DNA of 64,000 bases from Pseudomonadota bacterium. Lineage in GTDB: Bacteria > Pseudomonadota > Alphaproteobacteria > Rhizobiales > Beijerinckiaceae. Every line of letters begins with the position of its first letter. Position 1 is the first letter of the stretch. The notes beneath the pieces are model-generated. The model did no database searches, was not told where the DNA came from, and was given only the letters and a program-made list of their open reading frames with translations. Below are positions 17,611-27,113 of the stretch, one piece after another. Where the stretch lies: assembly GCA_021813805.1 (NCBI GenBank), contig JAKAJL010000009.1, positions 27,594 through 91,593 on the forward strand. The letters run 5' to 3'. A program made the position numbers and the translations under genes.

Positions 17611-20526
17611 TTGACACAGGTGACGCCGCCAGGAGTCGCATCACCCGCCCGCAACCGGGCCGTGCCGTCTGATGCGGCGTGGGTTCGCGAGCTTTCCCAT
17701 ATCCTTCGGAAAACAGACGCCTGGCGCGCGCATGCGCCACGGTGGTCCATGCTTGTCGGCGGCCTGCTCGTCGCCGGCGCGGGCGCGTTGGCGCGCCTGG
17801 CGCTTCTTGGCGAGTCGACACCGAAGGTCGCCTATCTGACCGCCTATCCCGCGGTGATCGTCGCCGCCGTTCTTGGCGGTCCGTGGGGCGGGGCTTCGGC
17901 GGTTCTCGGCAGCGTCGTGCTGCTGCATTTTTTTTTCGTTCCCTTGAAGGAAGCGGCGGACTGGCTCGCGCTTGCGATCTTCGGGGTGGGTTGCGTGCTG
18001 GTCATCGGCTTGACGGAGCTGCTGTCTCGCACGCGCGAACGCGTCGCGGCGGAGCAGGCGGCGCGGGAGGTCGACGCCAGGCTCGCGGCGATCGTCGAGT
18101 CCTCGTCGGACGCCATTCTCAGCATGATGCTCGATGGAACGATCACCAGCTGGAACGGCGCCGCGTCCCGCATTTTCGGCTATGACGCGCAAGAAATGAT
18201 CGGCGAGACGATGACCAAGATCGTCCCGCCGCATCTTCTCGACGAGGAAGAGTCGATTTTGCCGCAGCTCCGAGCGGGGGAGAGTGTCGGCCACTACGAA
18301 ACGGTCCGCCTTGCCAAGGACGGCCGCCAGATCGACGTCTCATTGACGATCTCGCCGCTGATTGACGCCGCAGGCCATGTCGTGGGCGCGTCGATGATCC
18401 TTCGCGATATCACGGTGCGCAAAAAGGCTGAACAGGTCCTGCGCGACAGTGAACAGTTCAAGGGTTTTCTGCTCGAACTGGGCGACGCGCTCAAGCCGCT
18501 GGGCGATCCCGACGCGATCAAGGACGCCGCCAGCGGCGTTCTGGGGCGACAAATCGGCGCCAATCAGGTTCTCTATGCCGAAATCGATCCAACCGACGTC
18601 TTTGCGCTCGTATCGCGGGACTGGAATGACGGTTCGATGGCGAGCAATGTCGGAGCGCACAAACTCATTGATTTCGGTCCGGAATTTATCGCCGATCTGA
18701 AGGCTCGAAAGACGGTCGTCATCGACGACGTCACGACCGATCCGCGCACATCCTCGCACTGGGCCCAGGCGATGTTCGAGGCGCGAAACATCAAAGCCTT
18801 GATTTGCGTGCCGCTGGTCAAAAAAGGCCGGCTGGTCTCGGTTTTATCCGTCCACTGCCATTCGGTCCGCCATTGGCGCGATTTCGACGCTTCCATGGTC
18901 GAAGAGGTCGCCGAGCGAACCTGGGCCGCCCTGGAAAGCGCGCGAGCCGAGCTGGCCTTGCGCGAAAGCGAGGCGGCGCGGCGCGAAAGCGAAAAGAATT
19001 TCCGATTATTGGCCGATGCGATGCCCCAGCTCGCGTGGATCGCCCGAGCCGATGGTTACGTGATTTGGTATAATCAGCGTTGGCATGACTACACCGGCGC
19101 GGCTCCCGGGCAGACCGAGGGGTGGGGCTGGAGAACCTTTCATGACCCTGACATCCTCCCCCTGGTCATGGACCGGTGGATGGCGTCGATCACGACGGGC
19201 AAGCCATTCGACATGACCTTCCCGCTACGTGGCGCCGACGGCAAATTCAGGCCGTTTCTGACCCGCGTGATGCCCATTCTGGACCCCGACGGCAAAGTCC
19301 TTCAATGGTTTGGAACCAACACGGATGTGACTGAACAGAAGGCGATGGAGGAAGAGCTTCGTCAGGCGAAGCTCGGAGCCGAACGCGCCAATCTCGCCAA
19401 GGGCAAATTTCTAGCGGCGGCCAGCCACGATCTGCGCCAGCCGGTCCAGTCGCTCACTCTGCTCCTCACAGTCATCAGGCGCCAGCTTTCCGAGACGGCG
19501 CTGGCGAACGAGGCGATAAGCCTCGCCGAGGTTTCGGTGACCAGCCTCAATGTCATGCTGGCCGGGATTCTCGATCTATCCCGTCTCGACGCCGGGGTCG
19601 TGGCGCCGCATTTCGAGAGTGTGGACCTCGGCGAGTTCGTCTGCCGGCTGGCGCGTGAATATCAGTCGCGAGCCGCGGCGAACGGCCTCGTCCTGCGCGT
19701 CGCGCCTCGCGCCTTGCGCGCCAGGACCGATGCCGCGCTGCTGGAGCGGATCCTGCGCAACTTGGTCGAAAACGCCCTTCGCTACACGGCCGAAGGCGGC
19801 GCTCTCATCGGCTTGCGTCGCCGCGGCGAGAGGGTTCGGATCGACGTCATCGACACCGGCATTGGCATTCCAGCCGATCAACAGGCGGAAATCTTCGAAG
19901 AATTCCGGCAGCTCGACAATCCGGCCCGCGACAGCAGCAAGGGACTTGGCCTCGGTCTGGCCATCGCTTCCCGTCTCGCCCGTCTTCTGGGCGCCGAGCT
20001 TGAGGTCAGTTCAAGGCTCGCCCGCGGCGCGCGTTTTTCGGTGCTTCTTCCGATTGATCACAGCGCGCCGGCCGACCGTCCGGCGCAGACCGCGGTTGAC
20101 GATCCCGGCGGCCGTATTCTCGTGATCGAAGATAACCCCACTGTGCGCGCGGCCTATGTCTCCATGCTGTCTCTTTGGGGCTATGAAGTGCTGGGCGCAG
20201 CCAGCGGCGAGGAGGCGATCGACCGCGCCGCGTTGGAAAATTGGCGCGTTGAAGCCATTATCGCCGATTATCGCCTGGGCCCCGGCCTGACCGGCGCCCG
20301 CGCCGTAGCGGAAATTGCGCGCCAGGCCGGACGCCCTGTTCCGGCCATGCTCGTTACCGGCGACACCGCCCGGGAACGTCTCGTAGAAGCCTCAGGCAGC
20401 GGTTTCGTCTTGCTGCACAAGCCTGTCAACGCCGCGGAGCTGCGTCAAAAGCTGGCGAGTCTCCTGCGAGAGGGGCGTGACAGGTCGTCAGATCCGCCGG
20501 CGCCCCGCATGAACGGAAGCGTGTGA
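17611..20526 (+). CDS. Membrane-bound hybrid sensor histidine kinase (TM-PAS-GAF-PAS-HisKA-HATPase-REC)
   Basis: PAS (SSSDAI...SWN), GAF, second PAS, H-box FLAAASHDLRQP, NLVENA, DTGIG, GLGLGL, receiver IEDN...ADY...LHKP. Confidence 0.9.
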   Translation: MTQVTPPGVASPARNRAVPSDAAWVRELSHILRKTDAWRAHAPRWSMLVGGLLVAGAGALARLALLGESTPKVAYLTAYPAVIVAAVLGGPWGGASAVLGSVVLLHFFFVPLKEAADWLALAIFGVGCVLVIGLTELLSRTRERVAAEQAAREVDARLAAIVESSSDAILSMMLDGTITSWNGAASRIFGYDAQEMIGETMTKIVPPHLLDEEESILPQLRAGESVGHYETVRLAKDGRQIDVSLTISPLIDAAGHVVGASMILRDITVRKKAEQVLRDSEQFKGFLLELGDALKPLGDPDAIKDAASGVLGRQIGANQVLYAEIDPTDVFALVSRDWNDGSMASNVGAHKLIDFGPEFIADLKARKTVVIDDVTTDPRTSSHWAQAMFEARNIKALICVPLVKKGRLVSVLSVHCHSVRHWRDFDASMVEEVAERTWAALESARAELALRESEAARRESEKNFRLLADAMPQLAWIARADGYVIWYNQRWHDYTGAAPGQTEGWGWRTFHDPDILPLVMDRWMASITTGKPFDMTFPLRGADGKFRPFLTRVMPILDPDGKVLQWFGTNTDVTEQKAMEEELRQAKLGAERANLAKGKFLAAASHDLRQPVQSLTLLLTVIRRQLSETALANEAISLAEVSVTSLNVMLAGILDLSRLDAGVVAPHFESVDLGEFVCRLAREYQSRAAANGLVLRVAPRALRARTDAALLERILRNLVENALRYTAEGGALIGLRRRGERVRIDVIDTGIGIPADQQAEIFEEFRQLDNPARDSSKGLGLGLAIASRLARLLGAELEVSSRLARGARFSVLLPIDHSAPADRPAQTAVDDPGGRILVIEDNPTVRAAYVSMLSLWGYEVLGAASGEEAIDRAALENWRVEAIIADYRLGPGLTGARAVAEIARQAGRPVPAMLVTGDTARERLVEASGSGFVLLHKPVNAAELRQKLASLLREGRDRSSDPPAPRMNGSV

Positions 20527-20632
20527 CGCCGCTCGCGCGGGCTGCGTTGGGGCAGAGGCCGCCCGGGCTGATCGGCGCAGAACCCGGCGGACGTTCAAGC
20601 GTCGCTTTGCGCCAGGTTGAATGGAAACCGGC

Positions 20633-21274
20633 CTAAATGGATGACGAGATTGTCGGCCAGGAATGGCGATTTGTTACCGCGAGCAACATGCGCACCAGTT
20701 CGGGCAAGCTGCCGGCCTGCGTTTTCCTCATGATATTGGCGCGATGGATCTCGACCGTCCGGAAACTGATGCCCAGTTCGCCGGCTATCACCCTGTTCGA
20801 CTTTCCATCGACCAGCCTGTCCAAGACATCTTGCTCGCGGGTGGTCAAGGTCGACAGACGCGACCGTATTTCCTGCGTCGAGGCGCTCTGTTCCGGATCG
20901 ACGACCTGGCGGCGCAGGGCCTTGCGAACGGAAGCAAGCAGCAAAGCGTCGTTGACCGGCTTTTCCATGAAATCGGCGGCGCCTTTCTTCATCGCGTCCA
21001 CGGCAAGCGGAATATCGCCCTGTCCGGTGATGAGGATGACCGGAAGGTTCAGCCCGCGCGCCTGAACCTCCGCCAGGAGGTCGACCCCGCTCATCTCCGG
21101 CAATCGGACATCGGTGATGACGCATCCGCGTTCCTCGGGTCCGATCGCCGCGAGGAATTGCTGCGCCGATGAATAGGTCCTGGATTCAATGCCCTCCGTC
21201 GCCAGGAACAGGCGGATGGACTTGCAGACAACGGGATCGTCGTCGATAACATGAACTACCTGAGACATCGTCAT
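20633..21274 (-). CDS. FixJ-family response regulator (REC + LuxR HTH)
   Basis: VHVIDDD, ITDVRLPEMSG, ITGQGDIPLAV, EKP, LTTRE...RTVEIHRANIMRK. Confidence 0.9.
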   Translation of the reverse strand: MTMSQVVHVIDDDPVVCKSIRLFLATEGIESRTYSSAQQFLAAIGPEERGCVITDVRLPEMSGVDLLAEVQARGLNLPVILITGQGDIPLAVDAMKKGAADFMEKPVNDALLLASVRKALRRQVVDPEQSASTQEIRSRLSTLTTREQDVLDRLVDGKSNRVIAGELGISFRTVEIHRANIMRKTQAGSLPELVRMLLAVTNRHSWPTISSSI

Positions 21275-22352
21275 GACCGCAGTGGTGAAAGTCTGAATCT
21301 CGGGTCAAACTGAAGAAGTCTATCCGGCGTGACCGGCGGATAGGGCGGTATTCTTGTTTTCGCCGTCGGACGCAGGGGACACGCGACCGACCGCCGGATA
21401 TGCGAAGCTTCGGCTGGCGCAACGCCGACACCGTCCAGGCCACCTGAACGACGTCAGCAACGCGGCTTCGCGCACGCCGACGCCATTTTTGTTAACATGT
21501 GATCTAAATAGCAATTGCGTAACTTATTTGCAACAAATACGTTCTAATTTCGCGTGTTGACCTTAACGCGGAAATTCATTCTGGCGGAGTCCCTCGAAGC
21601 CGACGTCGCGATGGCGGCGGAATTCGCCGAAATATCCCCAAGCCCGGGGCCGCGGCGCAGCGCCACCGAACGCGAGCCGGGCGTCCAGCGCATCGTTCGG
21701 GCGCGACACGGTTTCGACTGGCGACGACTGGCTGCAATCTTCAAGGACGTCATGGTCCACGAACGCATGGTCGCGGCCGCCTCACCGGCCATCCGTTTGG
21801 CCAGGCGCCGAAGGATCGGCGGCGTCCTGCCCGGACCGCGAAAGCCGGAGAGGCCATCGACGCCCCGGAAACGAGCCGTGATGTGTCGTAGCGGCTTCGC
21901 TTTTTCTCGAACAGGAAAAAACGCCCGAACGATCGAGACCCTCGGCCGGTCACGACCGCCCCCGCTTCGGTGCGCGCCTGGTGGATCAGCGCGGGCTTCC
22001 CGTTTGGGAGGTTTGTCATCTGCGCGACCTTGAGCTGCACCGCACAGCCTTCGCGATCGACTACGAAGGCCAGTTTCCGGGCCTGCTCGCGCGCCACCCG
22101 CGTGGCCGCCGGGCCGTGCTGATGACGCAGCGTTTTCGCGTGGATTTCGATTCTGCTGAGCCAGTTTCCTTACGCGCAAATATCACATCCCGATGTCGCT
22201 CTGGCCGAGCGCGCCCCAAATCCGGATCGCTTCCACGAAAAAATTCCGGCGCAGATATATGTTCCTCGAAAATTTTGAGGCGGAGGACCTGTGCGCCGGC
22301 TGCCATCTTGGCTGACGGCGCATCGCCTGTCGATCGAACCGAGAGCGCGGCT

Positions 22353-23963
22353 TCAAGGGCGGGCGACGTCCTCTTGCCTCCATTCCAGAATGGTCTTGCT
22401 TTCCGGCGCCGGTTCAAATGCGATATCGCGCCGGCCAAAGGTTATTTCTCCTGACGCCCCATCGAGGGCGATCCAATCGCCCTGACGAATGGCTCGGCCC
22501 CCGATTGTCGCGCCGCGCCCGTCGGCGTCGATCGTCAGGGCGGCGCAGCCCACCAGACATACTTTCCCCATTTGCCGGGCGACGACCGCCGCATGGGAGG
22601 TGCGGCCGCCGATCGCGGTCAGGACGCCGTCCGCCGCGGCGAAACCGGCGATGTCCTCGGTTGAGGTGTCGCGCCGGATGAGGATCGCCTTTTCGCCGCG
22701 ACGAGCCAGATCCTCGGCCTGCGCGCCGGCAAAACAGGCGCGCCCGCAGGCGACGCCCGGCGCGGCGACGACAGCGTGCGCGACCACCGGGGCGGTCTCG
22801 ACAAAAGTGGTTTCGCCGACCTTGGCGACGTCGATTCCCGCGACCCGCCGCAGCGCCTCGGCGCGATCGATCAGTCCCTCGGCCACCAGATCGACCGCGA
22901 TCTTGAGCGCAGCGCGCGGGGTGCGTTTGGCGGAACGGGTTTGCAGCAGGAAGAGTTTGCCGTTCTCGATGGTGAACTCGATATCCTGCATGTCGCGCCG
23001 CGCCTTTTCCAGCGTCCCGACGCTTTCCTCCAATTGCCGCGCCGCTTGCGGCAGGCGATCGCGCAATTGCGCCGCGTCAAGCGGCGTGCGCCGTCCCGAA
23101 ACGACATCCTCGCCCTGCGCGTCGAACAGGAAATCGGCATAGAAGGTTTTGGCGCCGTTGGCGGGATCGCGCGAAAAGGCCACGCCCGAGCCGGAAGCGC
23201 CGCCGGCGTTGCCGAAGGCCATGATCTGGACCGTGACGGCGGTGCCGAGCAGATGGTCCAAGCCGTTCATCCGGCGGTAGGTTTCGGCGCGCGAACCGCG
23301 CCAGGACAGGTAGACCGCGCGGGCGGCACCGAAAAGCTGCGCCATCGGGTCCGGCGGCGGGCCGGCGTCCTCGGCGATAACGAGAAACGCACTGGCCAGC
23401 CGCTCCAAAGCTTCGGGATCGAGCTCGCCCTCATGGGCGACGCCTTCAGCCTCGATCATGCGCGCCAGCGCCTGGTCGAAGGGCGCCGTCTCCATCCCGC
23501 CGACGACTTCAGCATAGGCCTGGATGAACCGCCGCCAGGAGTCGAACGCGAGGCGTGGATTTCCCGTCGCACGGATCAGACCGTGGACGCTGACCGCGTT
23601 CATGCCGACATCGAGCACTGTCTCCAGCATGCCCGGCATGGAGTGTTCCGCGCCAGAGCGCACCGAGACGAGGAGCGGCGCGCGGGCGTCGCCGAGCTTG
23701 CGCCGTGTCGCGGCCTCAAGGCGCGCGACGCCTTTGGCCAAGCCGTCGCGAAGGACATTTTGCGCTTTCTCGTCGCCGGAGAGGATCGGGCCGCAGAGCG
23801 CCGTCGGGAGAACAAAAGCAGGCGGGACAGGCAGACCGAGCGCGGTCATTCCCGCCAGTTCCGAGGCTTTCGAGCCATATAGCGCGGCAGGCAATTCGGC
23901 CTGTCCGCTCCCGCCGGCGTCGTCCAAGCCAATCCAGCCGACCTGCAGCTCGTGCGCGTTCAT
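22353..23963 (-). CDS. Pyruvate phosphate dikinase-like protein with ATP-grasp and phospho-His swivel domains only (no C-terminal PEP/pyruvate barrel)
   Basis: GSKA, GLPVPPAF, PLLVSVRSGA..SMPGM, AQGEDVVSG, QDIEFT...LLQTR, GGRTSHAAVVAR; ends at 536 aa with ILEWRQEDVARP; ATG overlaps upstream TGA. Confidence 0.9.
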   Translation of the reverse strand: MNAHELQVGWIGLDDAGGSGQAELPAALYGSKASELAGMTALGLPVPPAFVLPTALCGPILSGDEKAQNVLRDGLAKGVARLEAATRRKLGDARAPLLVSVRSGAEHSMPGMLETVLDVGMNAVSVHGLIRATGNPRLAFDSWRRFIQAYAEVVGGMETAPFDQALARMIEAEGVAHEGELDPEALERLASAFLVIAEDAGPPPDPMAQLFGAARAVYLSWRGSRAETYRRMNGLDHLLGTAVTVQIMAFGNAGGASGSGVAFSRDPANGAKTFYADFLFDAQGEDVVSGRRTPLDAAQLRDRLPQAARQLEESVGTLEKARRDMQDIEFTIENGKLFLLQTRSAKRTPRAALKIAVDLVAEGLIDRAEALRRVAGIDVAKVGETTFVETAPVVAHAVVAAPGVACGRACFAGAQAEDLARRGEKAILIRRDTSTEDIAGFAAADGVLTAIGGRTSHAAVVARQMGKVCLVGCAALTIDADGRGATIGGRAIRQGDWIALDGASGEITFGRRDIAFEPAPESKTILEWRQEDVARP

Positions 23964-25915
23964 GCGGACAACTCCTGGAAAAGCCGGGCGCGCAGCGACA
24001 TGGCCGCATGGGCGAGGCGATCGGTCGCCCCCTCCAATGAACGGGCGATTTCCAGCCCGAGGACGATAACGCGCGCTTCGGCGCCCGTAAGCGCCGGCCC
24101 CAGCAGCGCGGCCATGGCGGCGCGCTGGGCCGCGTCGGCGGCGCGTTCGGAGTCGATGACCGCGTCGATGCATTTGAGGGTGAACGCGGCGTCCTCCCGC
24201 TTGCCTTCGGGCGCCAGAAGCGCGCCATCGACCGCCCGCGTCATTTGCGCGGCCGATTCGGTCGCGATCGACGCCAGCAGCGCGAGCGGAGGGCCGATCC
24301 GGTTCGCCTCGTCGCCCTCGGCCAGGCTGACGAGAAAGGCCGCCTCGTCGAAACAATCGGTCGCCGCCTCGATCTGGTCGACCAGCGCCAACACGTCCTC
24401 GGCCTCGCGCAATCGCGACGAAAGTTTGCGCGCCTCGACGGTCAGCCGGTCCGCCTTGGCCTCGATCGCCTTGGCCCGCGCGGCCAGAACGCGCCGCTCG
24501 TCAACATTCGCCAGCGAATCGGGCAGGAAGGCCATTTCGATCATGCCCGCCAGCATTCGCGTCAGGCCAAGATGACGCAGCGCGACGGCAAGGGTTTCGC
24601 GCTCGGCGGTATCGAGCCTTTGCGACAGATCCGCCTGGATTTCGTCACGGATCAGCCGCGTCGAGCGGCCATCCTTCAGGCCCTCGCAGGCGACATGGAG
24701 AACATGGCGCAGAAAGCCCTGGCATTCGTCCTCGCCAAGCGCCTGGCCGAGCGGCGCGCCATAAGCGATCCGGCCGGACGCCGCATTGCGGACGGCCTCA
24801 TAGACAAGCTCCGCGCCGCCGAGTTCGAGAAAGGCGCGATGGCCTTCGTCGCGCCGGGCCGCGTCGGTGAGAATTTGGATCGCGCCCTTTTTGCCAGTAA
24901 AAAGCTGGAGCGCTTTGCGCGCCTTGTTCCAGTCGATCAGGAAGACGATGCGCGAGCCGAGCAATTCGAGGAAGCGATCGAGTTCAGGGGCGTCCGCGGC
25001 GCGAAAAACGCCGGTCAGCAGATAGAAGACCTCGCCTTCCGCAAGATTGCGCTGCCGCTTTTCGCCAAGAGGGCTCCATTCGACGCCCGATTCCTCGAAC
25101 AGAGACATGAAGAATTTGGCGCGCGGACGATGGACGTCGGTATAGGTCGTCGTCGCGGTCAGGCCTTCGACGCGGACGACCAGCACATGGGCGTCCGTCG
25201 TGCCGATGTCATTCTGGATCGAGAGGCGCGCGCCGATTTTTCCAGCCGTGGTCGCCAGTCCCGGGTGGCCGAAGGCCAGGTTTTTCGTGCGGTTCAAACC
25301 GCGCATGAAAGCCTTGACCCGGGCGCGGGCGGATTCGTCGAGGCCCGCGGCGCCGGCGCCGTCCACGTCCTCCACGGCGGTCTCGGCGGCCAGCCGGTTG
25401 ATGGCGCGATGAAGGTCCATCACCACGAGATGCAGGCTGTCGCCGGCCTCGCGGCGGACGGAGGCCAACGCCAGCGCCTCGGCGTGCGAAACCCGGTCAT
25501 CGGCGAAGGACGGCAATGCGGCGACAATGGCGTCCACGCGCCGTTTCAGCGCGGCGACGTCCTCGCCGCCGGCGACTTCGAGAGGCTCCACCATGGCGGC
25601 GAGGTCGTCCGCCATGCCGCCGGCCAGGGCCGCCGCCCCGGGCGCGATGAAATGACCGGCGTCGAGCGGCCGCGCCCCGGAGAAAATCGCATCGAAAGCA
25701 GCGTCGTCGAGCCCCGCCGCGCGTCTTTCGCTCTCCAGCGCGGGAGCCGCGCGACCGGGCTCGGACGCTTGGGCGGAGGCTTCCTGCAGAAGGGTCATGC
25801 GAATTTTCAGACGGTCGTTGGCCGTCAAAGCCGCCGCGATCAGACCCGGCAGGAGGACCGCCTTCTCGCCCAGGGATTCGACGATTGCGACCTTGCCGAC
25901 CATTCGTTTCGTCAA
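23960..25915 (-). CDS. Large protein with unrecognised N-terminal region and C-terminal DUF47/PhoU-like helical repeats
   Basis: C-term IEAKAD...IEAATDCFDEAA and SERAAD...LEGATDRLAHA (paired ExxxD motifs); start TTG 25915 or ATG 25903. Confidence 0.75.
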   Translation of the reverse strand: MTKRMVGKVAIVESLGEKAVLLPGLIAAALTANDRLKIRMTLLQEASAQASEPGRAAPALESERRAAGLDDAAFDAIFSGARPLDAGHFIAPGAAALAGGMADDLAAMVEPLEVAGGEDVAALKRRVDAIVAALPSFADDRVSHAEALALASVRREAGDSLHLVVMDLHRAINRLAAETAVEDVDGAGAAGLDESARARVKAFMRGLNRTKNLAFGHPGLATTAGKIGARLSIQNDIGTTDAHVLVVRVEGLTATTTYTDVHRPRAKFFMSLFEESGVEWSPLGEKRQRNLAEGEVFYLLTGVFRAADAPELDRFLELLGSRIVFLIDWNKARKALQLFTGKKGAIQILTDAARRDEGHRAFLELGGAELVYEAVRNAASGRIAYGAPLGQALGEDECQGFLRHVLHVACEGLKDGRSTRLIRDEIQADLSQRLDTAERETLAVALRHLGLTRMLAGMIEMAFLPDSLANVDERRVLAARAKAIEAKADRLTVEARKLSSRLREAEDVLALVDQIEAATDCFDEAAFLVSLAEGDEANRIGPPLALLASIATESAAQMTRAVDGALLAPEGKREDAAFTLKCIDAVIDSERAADAAQRAAMAALLGPALTGAEARVIVLGLEIARSLEGATDRLAHAAMSLRARLFQELSA

Positions 25916-25938
25916 TCCTGTCCATTGAACACAGATGA

Positions 25939-25981
25939 ATTATAGCCGGCGACAATGCTTCGCGCGATTGCGTTGAATCAA
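25939..25981 (-). promoter_or_regulatory. FixK/FNR-type class II promoter of the DUF47-PPDK operon
   Basis: Minus strand TTGATTCAACGCAA (25981-25968) and perfect TATAAT (25944-25939); box centred about -41.5 from a TSS near 25933. Confidence 0.75.
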
Positions 25982-26303
25982 TTCCATATCGCACCATTCG
26001 CCCAGACTAATGTCGCAATTCGCCGTTATTGTTGCCGCGCGGGAAGCATTGTCATAAAAATGACATGACCTCTTTTCGTCTCGAATTGCCGGGATCGGGC
26101 AATTCTCGCGTGGCGCAGCGTCCCTGTCCGACGAGGAGAACCGGGAGGCGCGCGTTTCCCGCGCGGTCATTCGCCGGCCGCGCCCGAAAAATTGTCCAAA
26201 TCTCGCATCCACAGCGACCGCCGAAAAACAGATGGGCTCTCCACGCGGCGTCCTGAATGCCGAGTTCGTTCACGATGCGCCCGCGCTCCTCGCCCGATGC
26301 CGA

Positions 26304-26822
26304 TCAGACATTTTCTCGAACCGAAACGCCGAGCAACTGGTCGATCGTCAGCGGAGCGGCGGAAACTCGCGCCAGCATCATCATGTTGCGCTTGCGGAAT
26401 CGCGGATCGTCCGTCACTTCCCGACCGGCCCAGGGCGGCAAAGGGAACTCTCGGTCTGCGCGGTCGAGTTCTATTTCCGCGATGGCGATTCCCGCGAGCT
26501 GCTTTTCGTAGATATCGACCGACCATTCGAAGCCGACATGAAAAACGCGGTAGCGCAATTTTTCGACAATCAGATCGCCGCCCATCGTCGCCAGCAAGAA
26601 TTCAGCGTCGCTGCGCGGGATGCGATATTCGAATTCGCGGCGCGCAAGGCCGGACGCCGGGCTCTTGATCGCGAGCGACGCGTAGGACTCCGCAAGCCGA
26701 ACGCGAATCTTGCCGCCCTCGAATTCGCCGACAAGCCCGTCGCGAAGACGCTCGACGCTGATGACCTCGTCGCGCCAACCGTCGTTCCGAAGCAGGAATT
26801 TCCGCTCGATTTCAAAATTCAT
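26304..26822 (-). CDS. CYTH-domain (triphosphate tunnel metalloenzyme) protein
   Basis: EIERKF, RVR, EFEY.IP, EK.RY, IAEIEL, W.G.EVT.D.R. Confidence 0.9.
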   Translation of the reverse strand: MNFEIERKFLLRNDGWRDEVISVERLRDGLVGEFEGGKIRVRLAESYASLAIKSPASGLARREFEYRIPRSDAEFLLATMGGDLIVEKLRYRVFHVGFEWSVDIYEKQLAGIAIAEIELDRADREFPLPPWAGREVTDDPRFRKRNMMMLARVSAAPLTIDQLLGVSVRENV

Positions 26823-27113
26823 GGGCTGCGGTCGGACATTTCAAATTCTCAGATTTGTAACCTGACTCGCAGAAAATGATGACTGTTTCAAAACGCCGCA
26901 GGCCAAGGGCGCCAACCGGGGGAGAGGCGAATGACACGATCGATGGGGAGCGAGCCTCGGCATGGCCGCCGCTTCGTCGGAATCGAGCGTTCCGGAGATC
27001 GACAAGGCGCGCGCGTCGGGCGTTTCGGCGAAAAGCCCCCGGAGCCCGACGGACGCGTAGGCTGAAGCATGGCGACACGGCCTGGTCCGTTCCGTCGCGC
27101 GGACCTGTCCGAC

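Noticed and set aside
17611..20526. Calling the kinase FixL
   Set aside because: No heme-PAS His motif; different H-box class and hybrid architecture.
21498..21513. CRP-like site TGTGATCTAAATAGCA upstream of the FixJ-like gene
   Set aside because: Right half-site has two mismatches in an AT-rich patch; too weak.
23273..23280. ops-like GGCGGTAG
   Set aside because: Lies on the antisense strand within the PPDK-like gene, not in a leader.
22353..23963. PPDK as a simple pseudogene
   Set aside because: No frameshift or internal stop, catalytic motifs intact, end at a domain boundary, no barrel remnant downstream, coupled start.
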